A stretch of DNA of 64,000 nt from Phycisphaerae bacterium (lineage in GTDB: Bacteria > Planctomycetota > Phycisphaerae > Sedimentisphaerales > SM23-30), in contig JAEIOG010000002.1 of NCBI GenBank assembly GCA_016342495.1, forward strand, positions 9,320 to 73,319, read 5' to 3'. This document shows, piece after piece, positions 9,726 to 18,690 of the stretch. Position 1 is the stretch's first letter. Every line of letters begins with the position of its first letter. Below the pieces are notes generated by a model. The model saw only the letters and a program-made list of their open reading frames with translations. It was not told the origin of the DNA and ran no database searches. The translations under genes and the position numbers were made by a program.

Positions 9726-10505
9726 ATGAAACGAAGAGATTTTTTAACCGCCACGGCCATAACAACAGCCATTTCTATCACTAGCCAATCCCACGCTGCC
9801 GATAAGGCACCCGACACCAAACAATATCTGGAATTGCGACAATATGAATTTTCTTCCCGCCAAAAGCAAAACGCCTTTGAAAATTTCCTCGCCAAAGCCG
9901 CCATCCCGGCATTAAACCGCCAGTCAATCAAGCCCATAGGCGTTTTCAAAGCCGCTGACGACCAGAGTACCGACCTGTGGCTACTCATCCCGCACAATAC
10001 CGCCGAATCCGCAATTGCTTCCAATTCCAAAATGCTCGCCGACCCACTTTTCAAACAAGCTGGCAGCGACATCATCACTTGCCCCAAGACCGATCTGGCC
10101 TACAAACGTTTTACCAGCTCGCTGCTGTTGGCTTTTGATAAATGCCCCAAAGCGGAAGTGCCATCTCGGAAAAGCTCCAGAATATTCCAATTACGCATAT
10201 ATGAAAGCCATAACACAACGATGGCTAAACGAAAAATCGAAATGTTCAACACCGGTGGCGAAATCGACCTGTTCAGAAGTACCGGACTAAACCCCGTATT
10301 TTTCGGCGAATCCATTGTTGGCTCTAAAATGCCAAATCTTACCTATATGGTTGGCTTTGACGACACCGAAGCCCAAACCAAAGCATGGGCTACTTTCCAA
10401 AAACACCCTAAATGGACAAAACTCAAATCCGACCCCTATTACAAAGACACCGTCTCCAATATCACCAACATTGTCCTGCGACCCAGCGACTCATCCCAAA
10501 TATAG
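9726..10505 (+). CDS. Tat-exported NIPSNAP family protein
   Basis: MKRRDFL twin-arginine signal; YLELRQY and FQLRIYES NIPSNAP repeats; MPNLTYM; LRP..SSQI end. Confidence 0.88.
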   Translation: MKRRDFLTATAITTAISITSQSHAADKAPDTKQYLELRQYEFSSRQKQNAFENFLAKAAIPALNRQSIKPIGVFKAADDQSTDLWLLIPHNTAESAIASNSKMLADPLFKQAGSDIITCPKTDLAYKRFTSSLLLAFDKCPKAEVPSRKSSRIFQLRIYESHNTTMAKRKIEMFNTGGEIDLFRSTGLNPVFFGESIVGSKMPNLTYMVGFDDTEAQTKAWATFQKHPKWTKLKSDPYYKDTVSNITNIVLRPSDSSQI

Positions 10506-10524
10506 CCAACCACCTTTAAAAAAC

Positions 10525-10560
10525 AAAAAGCCTCCTTATTATAATAGGGAGGCTTTTTTT
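10525..10560. terminator. Bidirectional intrinsic terminator
   Basis: AAAAAGCCTCC...GGAGGCTTTTTTT. Confidence 0.85.
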
Positions 10561-10593
10561 CCTGAAAAATCAAATTATTTCTTCAGCAAATCT

Positions 10594-10893
10594 CTATTCG
10601 TATGTGGCTTCTTCGGTGTCGATTTTTCGGGAAATTAGATACACGATGATTATAGCGATAGAATTCACTGCCAAAGCAATCTTTGGATGATAAGGCAGTG
10701 CCACTTCACTATTAATCAATTTCACCAATGGCAACGAAACCACATAAGATATCGCAACCATACTGATCATGGCAAAAAAGCCATAGATCACGTTCAACAA
10801 ATTAATGATGAACATCGTCAGAGTTCTACTAGCCATAACTTTATCCTTCCCATTCCATATATTATCTCCTGCCCGCATGTGTGTTTCTCCCAC
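10594..10893 (-). CDS. Small hypothetical membrane protein
   Basis: ORF with two hydrophobic segments; start uncertain. Confidence 0.45.
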   Translation of the reverse strand: MGETHMRAGDNIWNGKDKVMASRTLTMFIINLLNVIYGFFAMISMVAISYVVSLPLVKLINSEVALPYHPKIALAVNSIAIIIVYLISRKIDTEEATYE

Positions 10894-11198
10894 TCCACGG
10901 GCAGCTCATAACTAGAACGTCAACTAACTTAAAAAAATATTTTATCTACAAGCTATCACTTACTTAGTGACAATCTCTATATATAAATTCCCTAAAACAA
11001 GGAAAATTTGCTAAAAAAATAAAATTTTTCTTCAATTTATAAAAAATAGTAATGATAAATCATACAAATAACACACAGCTTACCCAACCTAACACTCTGA
11101 AGTTAAAAAAGTTAGAGCCCATATCAACAAAAGAACAATCAAATTGCTTTTACAATCAAAAATTTAACTCGCATCTAACAGCAACGCCGGCCAATCAC

Positions 11199-11849
11199 TC
11201 ACATACCAAGTGGTAGCTCCTCACCCATCTTTTTCATTATCTTACCCATCAGCTTTTCTTCACTTGGGCTAAGTGCATATCCGGTAATACCACCTGCTAC
11301 GCCACCTATAACTGCACCAGTACCAGCTTCACCACTGTCTTTACCGACTACAGCACCGGCGACCGCACCAACACCAACACCAATAGCAGTATTCAATGCC
11401 CGGTTGCTCTTGCCTTCGCCAGTTCCCATCCACAATGTCAAGCCAGTCTGGGCATCAACAATTTTTACGGTTATTATCACCGTATCCTTAAATTTCGGAA
11501 TATCTACCAGTACGATTGCTGGCACATTTAATATTTCACCCGCTTTGGCTATACTTTCTCTACTGGTAACATCGCTGGCCTGAAACTGTTGTTCTTTCAA
11601 TATCGCCTGTACCTTTTCCCGTTCAATTACCCGATAACCCTTACGCATCAATTCCATCTGGAACTTATTTGCTATTAGATTTTTATCATTACTACGATTA
11701 TACGCACCGCCCACAACATCTACTATTGCTATCTGATTGTACTTCACCGGGCTGAAATGCGGACTGCTTACAACATCAACCGTAGGACCGCAGCCCGAAA
11801 TAACCACGCACATCACCAACATTACCATCACTATAATCATCTTTTTCAT
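11199..11849 (-). CDS. Lipoprotein with CsgG/LpoB-like domain and glycine zipper
   Basis: Lipobox ISGC; VIERE.V.AILKEQ.FQ.S..T...KAGEILNV; KIVDAQTG..LW; GAVAGA/GAVIGGVAGG zipper; AGGAG RBS. Confidence 0.75.
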   Translation of the reverse strand: MKKMIIVMVMLVMCVVISGCGPTVDVVSSPHFSPVKYNQIAIVDVVGGAYNRSNDKNLIANKFQMELMRKGYRVIEREKVQAILKEQQFQASDVTSRESIAKAGEILNVPAIVLVDIPKFKDTVIITVKIVDAQTGLTLWMGTGEGKSNRALNTAIGVGVGAVAGAVVGKDSGEAGTGAVIGGVAGGITGYALSPSEEKLMGKIMKKMGEELPLGM

Positions 11850-12040
11850 GATTTTTCTCCTGTAGAGTTTTATCGTTTAACTTACATCTATTAATTTAGA
11901 CGTCGCTCAAGACTTTTTCTTGCATAAAAAATCGTCATTTCCACCATTATCTAACAATTCACACGAATTATCCACCTTTATTTCCCTACCTACGATAACC
12001 AATCTATCAACTTCCAACAAACAGCACCGTGCTAACCCCT

Positions 12041-12370
12041 TAACTATAACCACAAGCGCCAGCGCGTGGACTATGCCCACGCTGTTTAAAATAGCTTCTC
12101 TTCCTTATCTTTAATCGTATTCCTGCGCTGGGTGCCAGTGGCCTGCCATACCTGTTCGCCGTGGCATCCGTTGGCACCCTCACGCTAACTCATGTAGAGA
12201 CAAGGCATGCCTTGTCTCCCTCTCCCCACACATCGCACCAACCCCATCCCCCCAGGGCTAACGCATGAAATTTAATTATGTCATTCCCGCGACGGGTGGC
12301 AGCCAGGTAGGATGGGTAAAACTTGTTTTGCCCATGCGGTTTAAAATTTTCATGAGCAAAAGCGAATACG
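12041..12370 (+). repeat. REP-like mosaic cluster downstream of the terminase gene
   Basis: CTATAACCACAAGCGCCAGCGCGTGGAC, GTAGAGACAAGGCATGCCTTGTCTC (12194), GTAGGATGGG..GCCCATGC (12307), CATGAGCAAAAGCGAATAC (12351). Confidence 0.8.
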
Positions 12371-13537
12371 GATTTTCTGTTGGTTTTTGCTGACGGCCGT
12401 TTGAAATTCTGCTGGCGATGGAATGTGTTCGAGTCGCTGGTTGATTGCGCCGGGTGCCCGCACCCGGTATGGCCAACGCTCACGCATCACCCGGACATGT
12501 TCGCTTATCGTCGCTCGCCGCCGAACATATTTATCCACCACAAAAACCATCCCGTCACTATCAACCTGAATCAGCAAACAAGCAAACGGATTACTAAAAC
12601 CAAAATCAATCGCCCGATACGTCTCAAGCCCTTCCCGATATGCCACATCACCAACATTTATATCCGCGTCAAACTCCGCGAAAACCAAATCTTGAACAGA
12701 AGGCCTCTTACATAACATCTCGCTTTGCCACCCCGCTTTGCTGGCCCGACGCTTTTGTGCTATCGCATCGTCAATTTTATAATGACCACCCGCCTGCTTT
12801 GCCCGCCCCCTGCAATCTGCCAACAATGCACACCGACTGCAACTCCGACCCACACATTTTTCAATCACATCAAACAAACACCATTTAAAAATCTCCGCAT
12901 CACCCTGCTGAGCATTTTTGATAATCTTACTCATCAAACCCGTTGGCCTGTGCATCGTCGACAACACTTCCAGCCTTGCCGATATATTATTTTTCGATTG
13001 TGTCACAAACTGCGCCGCCTGCCACACATCCTCGTCAAACATCTCCACCTCATCACAACGCAAACGCTGAACATGATGGCCCCGCACGCTCGATTGCGAT
13101 TGCGTCAAAGCCTGAACCGATGACCCATTGACAAAGCGACAAATGTTTTGCGTTATCTTGCCATCAACCATTTCTTCATAGCCACCCATTAGCCCCTGCT
13201 GCACATATTCATACATTCGCTGCGACTGCTGTTGGCTGCCGCCCAATATCCGCACCTGACACCTCGGTAAAAAAACACATTCCAAAAGCGAAGCCGCCGC
13301 CGCCAACTGCGTCTTACCGCCACCCCGACAGGACCACACTACAATATCTTTATTGTCATTATTCAAAAGCGAATAACTCAAATAATCCAAAGGGGTATTA
13401 TGTTCCTTGCAAACCGAATTCACCGATAGCTTCAAACCCAAAAATGCCTCCGCATAAGCCGCCACCTGCTCACGACTACTAGGCCGACATCTCCGCAACC
13501 GCTCATACAACTTAACCTGACTACCTTCATCAAACAT
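12350..13537 (-). CDS. Phage terminase large-subunit-like protein, C-terminal nuclease domain apparently truncated
   Basis: Walker A SCRGGGKT, SVRG..V..LRCDEVE Walker B, LSTM coupling motif, VFAEFD and AIDFGFSNPFACL nuclease start; similarity ends at ..WPYRV (~12465); GGGAG RBS before ATG 13537. Confidence 0.8.
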   Translation of the reverse strand: MFDEGSQVKLYERLRRCRPSSREQVAAYAEAFLGLKLSVNSVCKEHNTPLDYLSYSLLNNDNKDIVVWSCRGGGKTQLAAAASLLECVFLPRCQVRILGGSQQQSQRMYEYVQQGLMGGYEEMVDGKITQNICRFVNGSSVQALTQSQSSVRGHHVQRLRCDEVEMFDEDVWQAAQFVTQSKNNISARLEVLSTMHRPTGLMSKIIKNAQQGDAEIFKWCLFDVIEKCVGRSCSRCALLADCRGRAKQAGGHYKIDDAIAQKRRASKAGWQSEMLCKRPSVQDLVFAEFDADINVGDVAYREGLETYRAIDFGFSNPFACLLIQVDSDGMVFVVDKYVRRRATISEHVRVMRERWPYRVRAPGAINQRLEHIPSPAEFQTAVSKNQQKIRIRFCS

Positions 13538-13568
13538 ATCAATTCTCCCAATAATAAAATCATTCCAG

Positions 13569-13770
13569 GTAGGATGGGCTCTGCCCATGCCGTTTCAAAC
13601 ACCATGACCACAACCAACACCACAACCCAGCCCGCCTACTAACACCCACCAATCACCCACAGCATATCAAACCATCGCAAACACCACCTATAACCACAAG
13701 CGCCAGCGTGTGGACGTCAAACCCATGAACAAAGCGAATACCACAACCAACCCGTCACCTAACACCAACC
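13569..13770 (+). repeat. REP-like mosaic (GTAG REP plus composite modules)
   Basis: GTAGGATGGGCTCTGCCCATGC; CACAACCCAGCCCGCC.ACTAACAC; CTATAACCACAAGCGCCAGCG.GTGGAC; CATGAACAAAGCGAATACC. Confidence 0.8.
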
Positions 13771-13960
13771 GTAACATTTTAGCGATCTGGAGCAAAACAG
13801 CACGAAGCGGTATCGCCGTGCTAAGGCACTATGCTACATTACATGATGATTAAAGTGATTTTAGCATTAAAACACAATTTGCGTTTTTTAGCTGGGCGCT
13901 GCCGCTACCAGCTGTTTGTTGGTCAATTGTCGCCTTTGCTACATGTCGCTAAAATATTAC
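13771..13960 (+). mobile_element. 190-bp MITE, copy 1
   Basis: TIRs GTAACATTTTAGCGA / TCGCTAAAATATTAC; exact 8-bp target duplication CACCAACC (13763-13770 and 13961-13968); near-identical inverted copy at 21619-21808. Confidence 0.92.
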
Positions 13961-13980
13961 CACCAACCAATACAATTTCC

Positions 13981-14060
13981 AGCCCGAAGGGCTAACACAC
14001 CACAGCCCAGGGCAACGCCCTGGGTATACACCCCCAAAAAAATCCACGCCCTGAAAGGGC
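13981..14060 (+). repeat. REP-like element GCCCGAAGGGC...CCCAGGGCAACGCCCTGGG...GCCCTGAAAGGGC
   Basis: Three GC-rich hairpins; related copies at 14656 and 15614. Confidence 0.75.
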
Positions 14061-14136
14061 AACATAAAACATATTCATTCCTCACTTTGAAAACAAACCC
14101 TACCACCCACAATCACATACCATTACCAAACAATCA

Positions 14137-14421
14137 TTACTGGGGGACATAAGAATTCTTAAAAGCCTCAAATTCACTACCAGCGCCATTATTACATGCA
14201 ATTTTTCCAGCCATTATCATATCGGAATCATTCATTATATCACTGCAATTACCCCAATTATGAACAATTGCCCTGCAAGCCAAAATTCCCCATCTTTTAC
14301 CTAATGTTTTAATGCTATCTTCAACAACAGGTATCGCATCACTTTGATAACCGTTAAGACAAATTGCTAATATACATTTATATCTTGCTTCTATCCAGTT
14401 AGTTTTTTTGGTATAAGCCAT
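14137..14421 (-). CDS. Small Cys-containing orphan ORF or gene fragment
   Basis: 94 codons, no clear RBS, starts just after the GTTAAC palindrome; no family recognised. Confidence 0.4.
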   Translation of the reverse strand: MAYTKKTNWIEARYKCILAICLNGYQSDAIPVVEDSIKTLGKRWGILACRAIVHNWGNCSDIMNDSDMIMAGKIACNNGAGSEFEAFKNSYVPQ

Positions 14422-14443
14422 TTTGTAATATTCGGCGAGTGAC

Positions 14444-14468
14444 AGCGGTTAACTCGTTAACCGATGGA
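14444..14468. repeat. CGGTTAAC-NN-GTTAACCG palindrome
   Basis: AGCGGTTAACTCGTTAACCGATGG. Confidence 0.75.
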
Positions 14469-14653
14469 AAACTCATCCAAACCACAATAACCTAATCTAT
14501 GCAATATGTAGGACATGCATCCTGCTTGTCCATATTTCAACCATGAACAAAGCGAACACTCTCCCCACTCATTGCAAGCAAGCCTTATTATTCCATACTA
14601 AATATTACACAAACAAATCAAAAAAAAATTCCCCACAACCACTAATCCACCCT

Positions 14654-14763
14654 ACGGCCCGAAGGGCCAACACAACTCAGCCCAGGGCAAAATGAACAAA
14701 GTGAATGTCGCCCTGGGTAAACCTCCCCTCTCTTAAATTTAAAAAACCATGAGCGAAGCGAAT
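14654..14763 (+). repeat. About 110-bp direct repeat, copy 1 (downstream flank of lipoprotein gene)
   Basis: ACGGCCCGAAGGGCCAACACAACTCAGCCCAGGGCAAAATGAACAAAGTGAATGTCGCCCTGGGTAAACCTCCCCTCTCTTAAATTT.AAAACCATGAGCGAAGCGAAT; near-identical to 15613-15721. Confidence 0.9.
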
Positions 14764-14796
14764 CCCGAGGACCCAGTCTCAACCGCAAATAACACA

Positions 14797-15312
14797 TTAA
14801 TCTACAAAAGCGGCTTCGCCTTCGATGAAACTATTTTCAATGTCTGGATAATCACCAAATGGATCAATGGTAAAATAATGCATTAATTTATCTACTGCAA
14901 CTTTATATCCAGAATATTTTTCATGATTCATTATTTTGCCCATAATAAATATTTTAGGCGTAACATTCATGTGTCCAGCATCGACAGCATCAATAATCAC
15001 TATTTCAGTGCCGGCATCGATAATATCAATTATTTTATACTCATCGCCACCATCTGGCCCATGCCACTGCCCCTTTCTGAATAGTTCCATATATTCTTCT
15101 TTATCACCCACCAATCCAGCTACGAAATAATAATCACTGAACATATCTTTATATCTACCAAAAAACATAGGCGAAGTAAGCACAAGTTTATGGCCTACAT
15201 ATTTCTTGAATACCAATTGCTGAGCTTCCGGGCAAGGCCGCGAAATGCTGCACGAACAAAGAACCAAAGGCAAAATAAGCAATATAGCTAAAATCATAAT
15301 ATTTTTACGCAT
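14797..15312 (-). CDS. Orphan lipoprotein of unknown function
   Basis: MRKNIMILAILLILPLVLCSC lipobox signal; GAGG RBS; AT-rich. Confidence 0.75.
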   Translation of the reverse strand: MRKNIMILAILLILPLVLCSCSISRPCPEAQQLVFKKYVGHKLVLTSPMFFGRYKDMFSDYYFVAGLVGDKEEYMELFRKGQWHGPDGGDEYKIIDIIDAGTEIVIIDAVDAGHMNVTPKIFIMGKIMNHEKYSGYKVAVDKLMHYFTIDPFGDYPDIENSFIEGEAAFVD

Positions 15313-15612
15313 AATAACTTCCTCTGTAATATTTATTTTAATACGCAGTCATCTATCCGAATTATCTACTAATAAATTCACATCCTAATATAACAAATCC
15401 AACATAAAAAACAATCCCAAATAAAAGCGAAGCAAAATAATTTCAACAAGAGCGAAGCGATTTCCACCAAACTCAAATTGTCATCCTCGCGCAGACGAGG
15501 ATCCAGCCAAACCTATCCAAAATAACAAACTCACAATAAGTATCCCAAACATCCTGCTTGTCAACATTTCAACCGTGAACAAAGCGAACACGTTACCCAC
15601 TAATCCCACCCC

Positions 15613-15790
15613 ACGGCCCGAAGGGCCAACACAACTCAGCCCAGGGCAAAATGAACAAAGTGAATGTCGCCCTGGGTAAACCTCCCCTCTCTTAAATTTT
15701 AAAACCATGAGCGAAGCGAATACCACAACCCACCCCGCCAACTAACACCCACCAATCACTCGTAGCATATCAAACCATCGCAAACACAAA
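15613..15790 (+). repeat. About 110-bp direct repeat, copy 2, plus composite mosaic
   Basis: Near-identical to 14654-14763, followed by CCACAACC..CCCGCCAACTAACACCCACCAATCAC..AGCATATCAAACCATCGCAAACAC. Confidence 0.9.
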
Positions 15791-15796
15791 TAATTT

Positions 15797-15862
15797 AAAA
15801 CAAAGTCGCCCAGCGACACCGCCTCTTACTCGCTTACTCTCTTGCTCTCCTACTCTCTTACT
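15797..15862 (-). terminator. Duplicated terminator-like element preceded by AGTAAGAG octamer repeats, copy 1
   Basis: Minus strand: about five AGTAAGAG-like units, then GTCGC-TGG-GCGAC-TTTGTTTT; 24-bp core identical at 16288-16311. Confidence 0.55.
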
Positions 15863-16260
15863 CACCCAAACGCCTTAGCCAACTTCACCAATATTGGCTT
15901 CAAATCCTTGTCGGCTATACCATAATCATTATCTTCTTTCTCTTTTTCCTGATTATCATCATTGCATCTTTCAATCATATCCAAAGCCGCCCGCCGTGCA
16001 ACATCGGGTTTATCCGAATTCAGCAGCCCAACCAGCGTCTCCGCCGCTATCGGGCCATACCGGGCAATCTTCACTCTTGTCTCCAATTGTGCCTTTCTAC
16101 ATAAGCAGGCGATTTCCCGATTGAAAGATTTGCTATTCATAACCCGCTCCAGTTGACCCGGTTTTAATTTATACTTTTCAATAATCTGCTCCTGCGTCAA
16201 TTTCCCTTCAAACAAATCAAACGCAACACTACAATGTTTACCAATCGATCTTCTTGCCAT
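15862..16260 (-). CDS. HTH protein, putative terminase small subunit
   Basis: N-terminal HTH-like segment, then F..EI...and A..A.ETLV.LL.S.K.DVARRAA.D.I helical motif typical of small-terminase-like proteins; lies upstream of the large terminase; GGGAG RBS. Confidence 0.55.
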   Translation of the reverse strand: MARRSIGKHCSVAFDLFEGKLTQEQIIEKYKLKPGQLERVMNSKSFNREIACLCRKAQLETRVKIARYGPIAAETLVGLLNSDKPDVARRAALDMIERCNDDNQEKEKEDNDYGIADKDLKPILVKLAKAFG

Positions 16261-16287
16261 AACAATATCTCCCAATCTCAGTAGTTG

Positions 16288-16345
16288 AAAACAAAGTCGC
16301 CCAGCGACACCACCTCTCGCTCTCTTACTCTCTTACTCTCTTCTT
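16288..16345 (-). terminator. Duplicated terminator-like element with octamer repeats, copy 2
   Basis: AAAACAAAGTCGCCCAGCGACACC followed by about four CTCTTACT-like units on +; overlaps the last codons of the GNAT-like gene. Confidence 0.55.
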
Positions 16346-17065
16346 CTTAATAAAATACACCGGCACACTACCCATCTGCTCGACAACAAATTCACATTTA
16401 TCCACAAAACTATCTTGCCGCTTATTTACATACTTACTCATAAAACGTTTTATCCGATAACACACCAATTCTTTTTCACTTTCACCCAGACCATCTATAG
16501 CTTCCATCAATTTTTTCCCACTAATCAAATCTCTATCCTTAATCTCCATCTCATCAAAAGTCGCCAACAATTTTTCATGCTCAGCCGACACGCCACCATC
16601 ATAGCGAATCATCCCGGCTTTTTCAAAAAATGGATTAATCCTTCCCATCACCGCCAGTGCTTCTACATATTTCGTCCCAGCCATATCCAGGGTCTCTTTT
16701 ACCAGCCAACTGCCCAGCGACATCCCGCGATATTGGGGCGCTATAATCACCCGACTTATACAACGCATTTCACTATTCAATAATTTCAATCCCGCCGACC
16801 TGTCCGAACCGCAATACCTGTTATCTGTTGCGACATTTCTCAACCGGCAATTTATCACCGGCATCGAATAAACTATCACACCCACAACTTCCCTTTTACC
16901 GCCTAACTTATAAACTAAGGTTTTGCGCTCAGAATAAATCGCGAAAACCTTGTCAACAAACCCTGGCCTGCCATTGCGATAATGAAAATCTTTCAAAGCA
17001 CCATAAGCTCCCATCCCCGCCGGCTCAATCACCAAACCATCATACAATGTACATCTTTTCACCAT
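16325..17065 (-). CDS. GNAT-fold acetyltransferase-like protein (phage ABC-ATPase-associated type)
   Basis: FHY motif, VVGVIVYS.P, ISRVIIAPQYRGMSLG acetyl-CoA-binding motif, EALAVMGRINPFFEKAGM. Confidence 0.75.
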   Translation of the reverse strand: MVKRCTLYDGLVIEPAGMGAYGALKDFHYRNGRPGFVDKVFAIYSERKTLVYKLGGKREVVGVIVYSMPVINCRLRNVATDNRYCGSDRSAGLKLLNSEMRCISRVIIAPQYRGMSLGSWLVKETLDMAGTKYVEALAVMGRINPFFEKAGMIRYDGGVSAEHEKLLATFDEMEIKDRDLISGKKLMEAIDGLGESEKELVCYRIKRFMSKYVNKRQDSFVDKCEFVVEQMGSVPVYFIKKKRVRE

Positions 17066-17071
17066 GACTTC

Positions 17072-17743
17072 TCACTTCCCCGGATAATACACATCGCAAT
17101 GACTGCCCAAATGTTTTATCATCACCACATCCGGCGCCAGGTCTTCCAGCATATCATCATGGCTGGTAGCTACCACAAATGTCGTTCCAAACCGGTTGGC
17201 AAACTTTCGCACATTATGAGCCACCACCGCCGCAGTCACCCGATCCAGCGTTGAGCAAAACTCATCGATAAAAATCACATCCGGATTAATCGACAATGCC
17301 AGTGCCAACTTAAACCGATAGCGTTGACCATCACTTAAATGCTCAGAATTTCTCAGCACCGCAAAGGCATCACTTAATCCAGCCATACTGAGCCAACTCA
17401 TAACATCACTCAAATGGTCATCAATAAAACAATCAACCAATGGCCTGCCGGTTGGCACTTCTAATTCTCCAAGATTAAGAATCTCTTTAAAACCGACACC
17501 CTTCTTTTTGGCATTAGCCTGCATCTGCTCATACAACATCTTAAATATCTGCGATTTACCGGCCCCGCTGCCACCGGTAATATAAACCACCTGACCAGAT
17601 TCGATTTTGACTTTGCAATTATCAACAACAATCATCTCCCGACCAGGTCGGTTGCCCAGACCAAACATCGACGAAACCGCCGCGACATTTGGCGATAATT
17701 TTACTTTGGTATCAAACTTCTTCGTTAAAACATAACTTGTCAT
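17072..17743 (-). CDS. Soluble ABC-superfamily ATPase with no linked permease
   Basis: Walker A ITGGSGAGKS, signature LSDGQRYR, Walker B IFIDEF..TLD, H-switch VATSHDD; GGAG RBS before ATG 17743. Confidence 0.85.
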   Translation of the reverse strand: MTSYVLTKKFDTKVKLSPNVAAVSSMFGLGNRPGREMIVVDNCKVKIESGQVVYITGGSGAGKSQIFKMLYEQMQANAKKKGVGFKEILNLGELEVPTGRPLVDCFIDDHLSDVMSWLSMAGLSDAFAVLRNSEHLSDGQRYRFKLALALSINPDVIFIDEFCSTLDRVTAAVVAHNVRKFANRFGTTFVVATSHDDMLEDLAPDVVMIKHLGSHCDVYYPGK

Positions 17744-17777
17744 AATAATCTTCTCCAAATTGATAACTTTTACTATA

Positions 17778-18248
17778 TTAGCAGCATCCCGCGAATCTTG
17801 CTGATTTTTCATTGAGGTTTTTATGTTCATTTCTGGCTTTGTGTTTTATTAGCCATTCATCCAAATAACAAAGTTGGCGATAAACTGTACTGACAGAAAT
17901 TTTTCTTTTCAATGCGATAGTTCGCCGCCCCTGACCTAACAAAAAATGGTCGTAGGCAATCAATAATTGATTGTCAGTGAACTGATTACGATTTCGCAAA
18001 AAACACATATAGTCGTCGCTCAATAATCTTTTTACCATTTTACGAATTTTCCTGGATATATTCGCCGGGGTGATACCAATTAAAATACCCAGTTGACTAA
18101 AACTGGCATTATGGGACAAGTGTAGCTCCAGAATTATCCGGTCTGGTGGGGCCAGAAGTTTCATTCTATTCATGATAATGTCATACTCTGCCAATTGCAT
18201 TTTTCGAAAATCAACTGATTTACTAATTTGATCTAATTTGCCAACCAT
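17778..18248 (-). CDS. Protein with two sigma-70 region-4-like HTH domains (putative regulator)
   Basis: LAPPDRIILELH....SFSQLG..IGIT..NISRKIRK..KRL and FTDNQ..IAYDHFL.G...RTIA....ISVSTVYRQL; AAGGAG RBS before ATG 18248. Confidence 0.65.
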   Translation of the reverse strand: MVGKLDQISKSVDFRKMQLAEYDIIMNRMKLLAPPDRIILELHLSHNASFSQLGILIGITPANISRKIRKMVKRLLSDDYMCFLRNRNQFTDNQLLIAYDHFLLGQGRRTIALKRKISVSTVYRQLCYLDEWLIKHKARNEHKNLNEKSARFAGCC

Positions 18249-18288
18249 AAAAACTCCTTTCAATACATTCTATATAATCAATACAAAT

Positions 18289-18316
18289 AGTTTGTTATTT
18301 ATATAACTAACAGACT
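18289..18316. promoter_or_regulatory. 28-bp imperfect palindrome, candidate operator
   Basis: AGTTTGTTATTTATATAACTAACAGACT (24/28 positions self-complementary), about 40 bp upstream of the HTH gene start. Confidence 0.55.
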
Positions 18317-18690
18317 TATGAAGTTTACAACAGATTTAGGGAAATGCAAAAAAAATTTAGAATTTTTATAAAAAAATATTAAAATTACTTGTTTATCTAA
18401 CTTTTTAGGGCATAATTAAGGGTATAGAGGGTAAATAATTAAACAGTTATTATTTAATAGAAGGCCCGGCCTGTGAATTAAATAACAGTTGTCGCAGTTT
18501 ATTTAGGGTATTTTTATGGTAAGTTTGTGTCTACTACTAATTTTTACATGTAATTGCATAATTTATACCCAAAGGGTATGAACTTTTTGGCAGGTCCAGT
18601 TTTAATGCCTTGCAATGCAAGAACTTATGTATTTAAGAATGGAAAATTTTAAGGGTAATCAGTATACAATGCTTTTCAACAGGAGCTAAT

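Noticed and set aside
18289-18316. 28-bp palindrome as a dif (XerCD) site
   Set aside because: It has an 11-6-11 geometry but lacks the TTATGTTAAAT-like XerD arm, and the skew switch here has origin rather than terminus polarity
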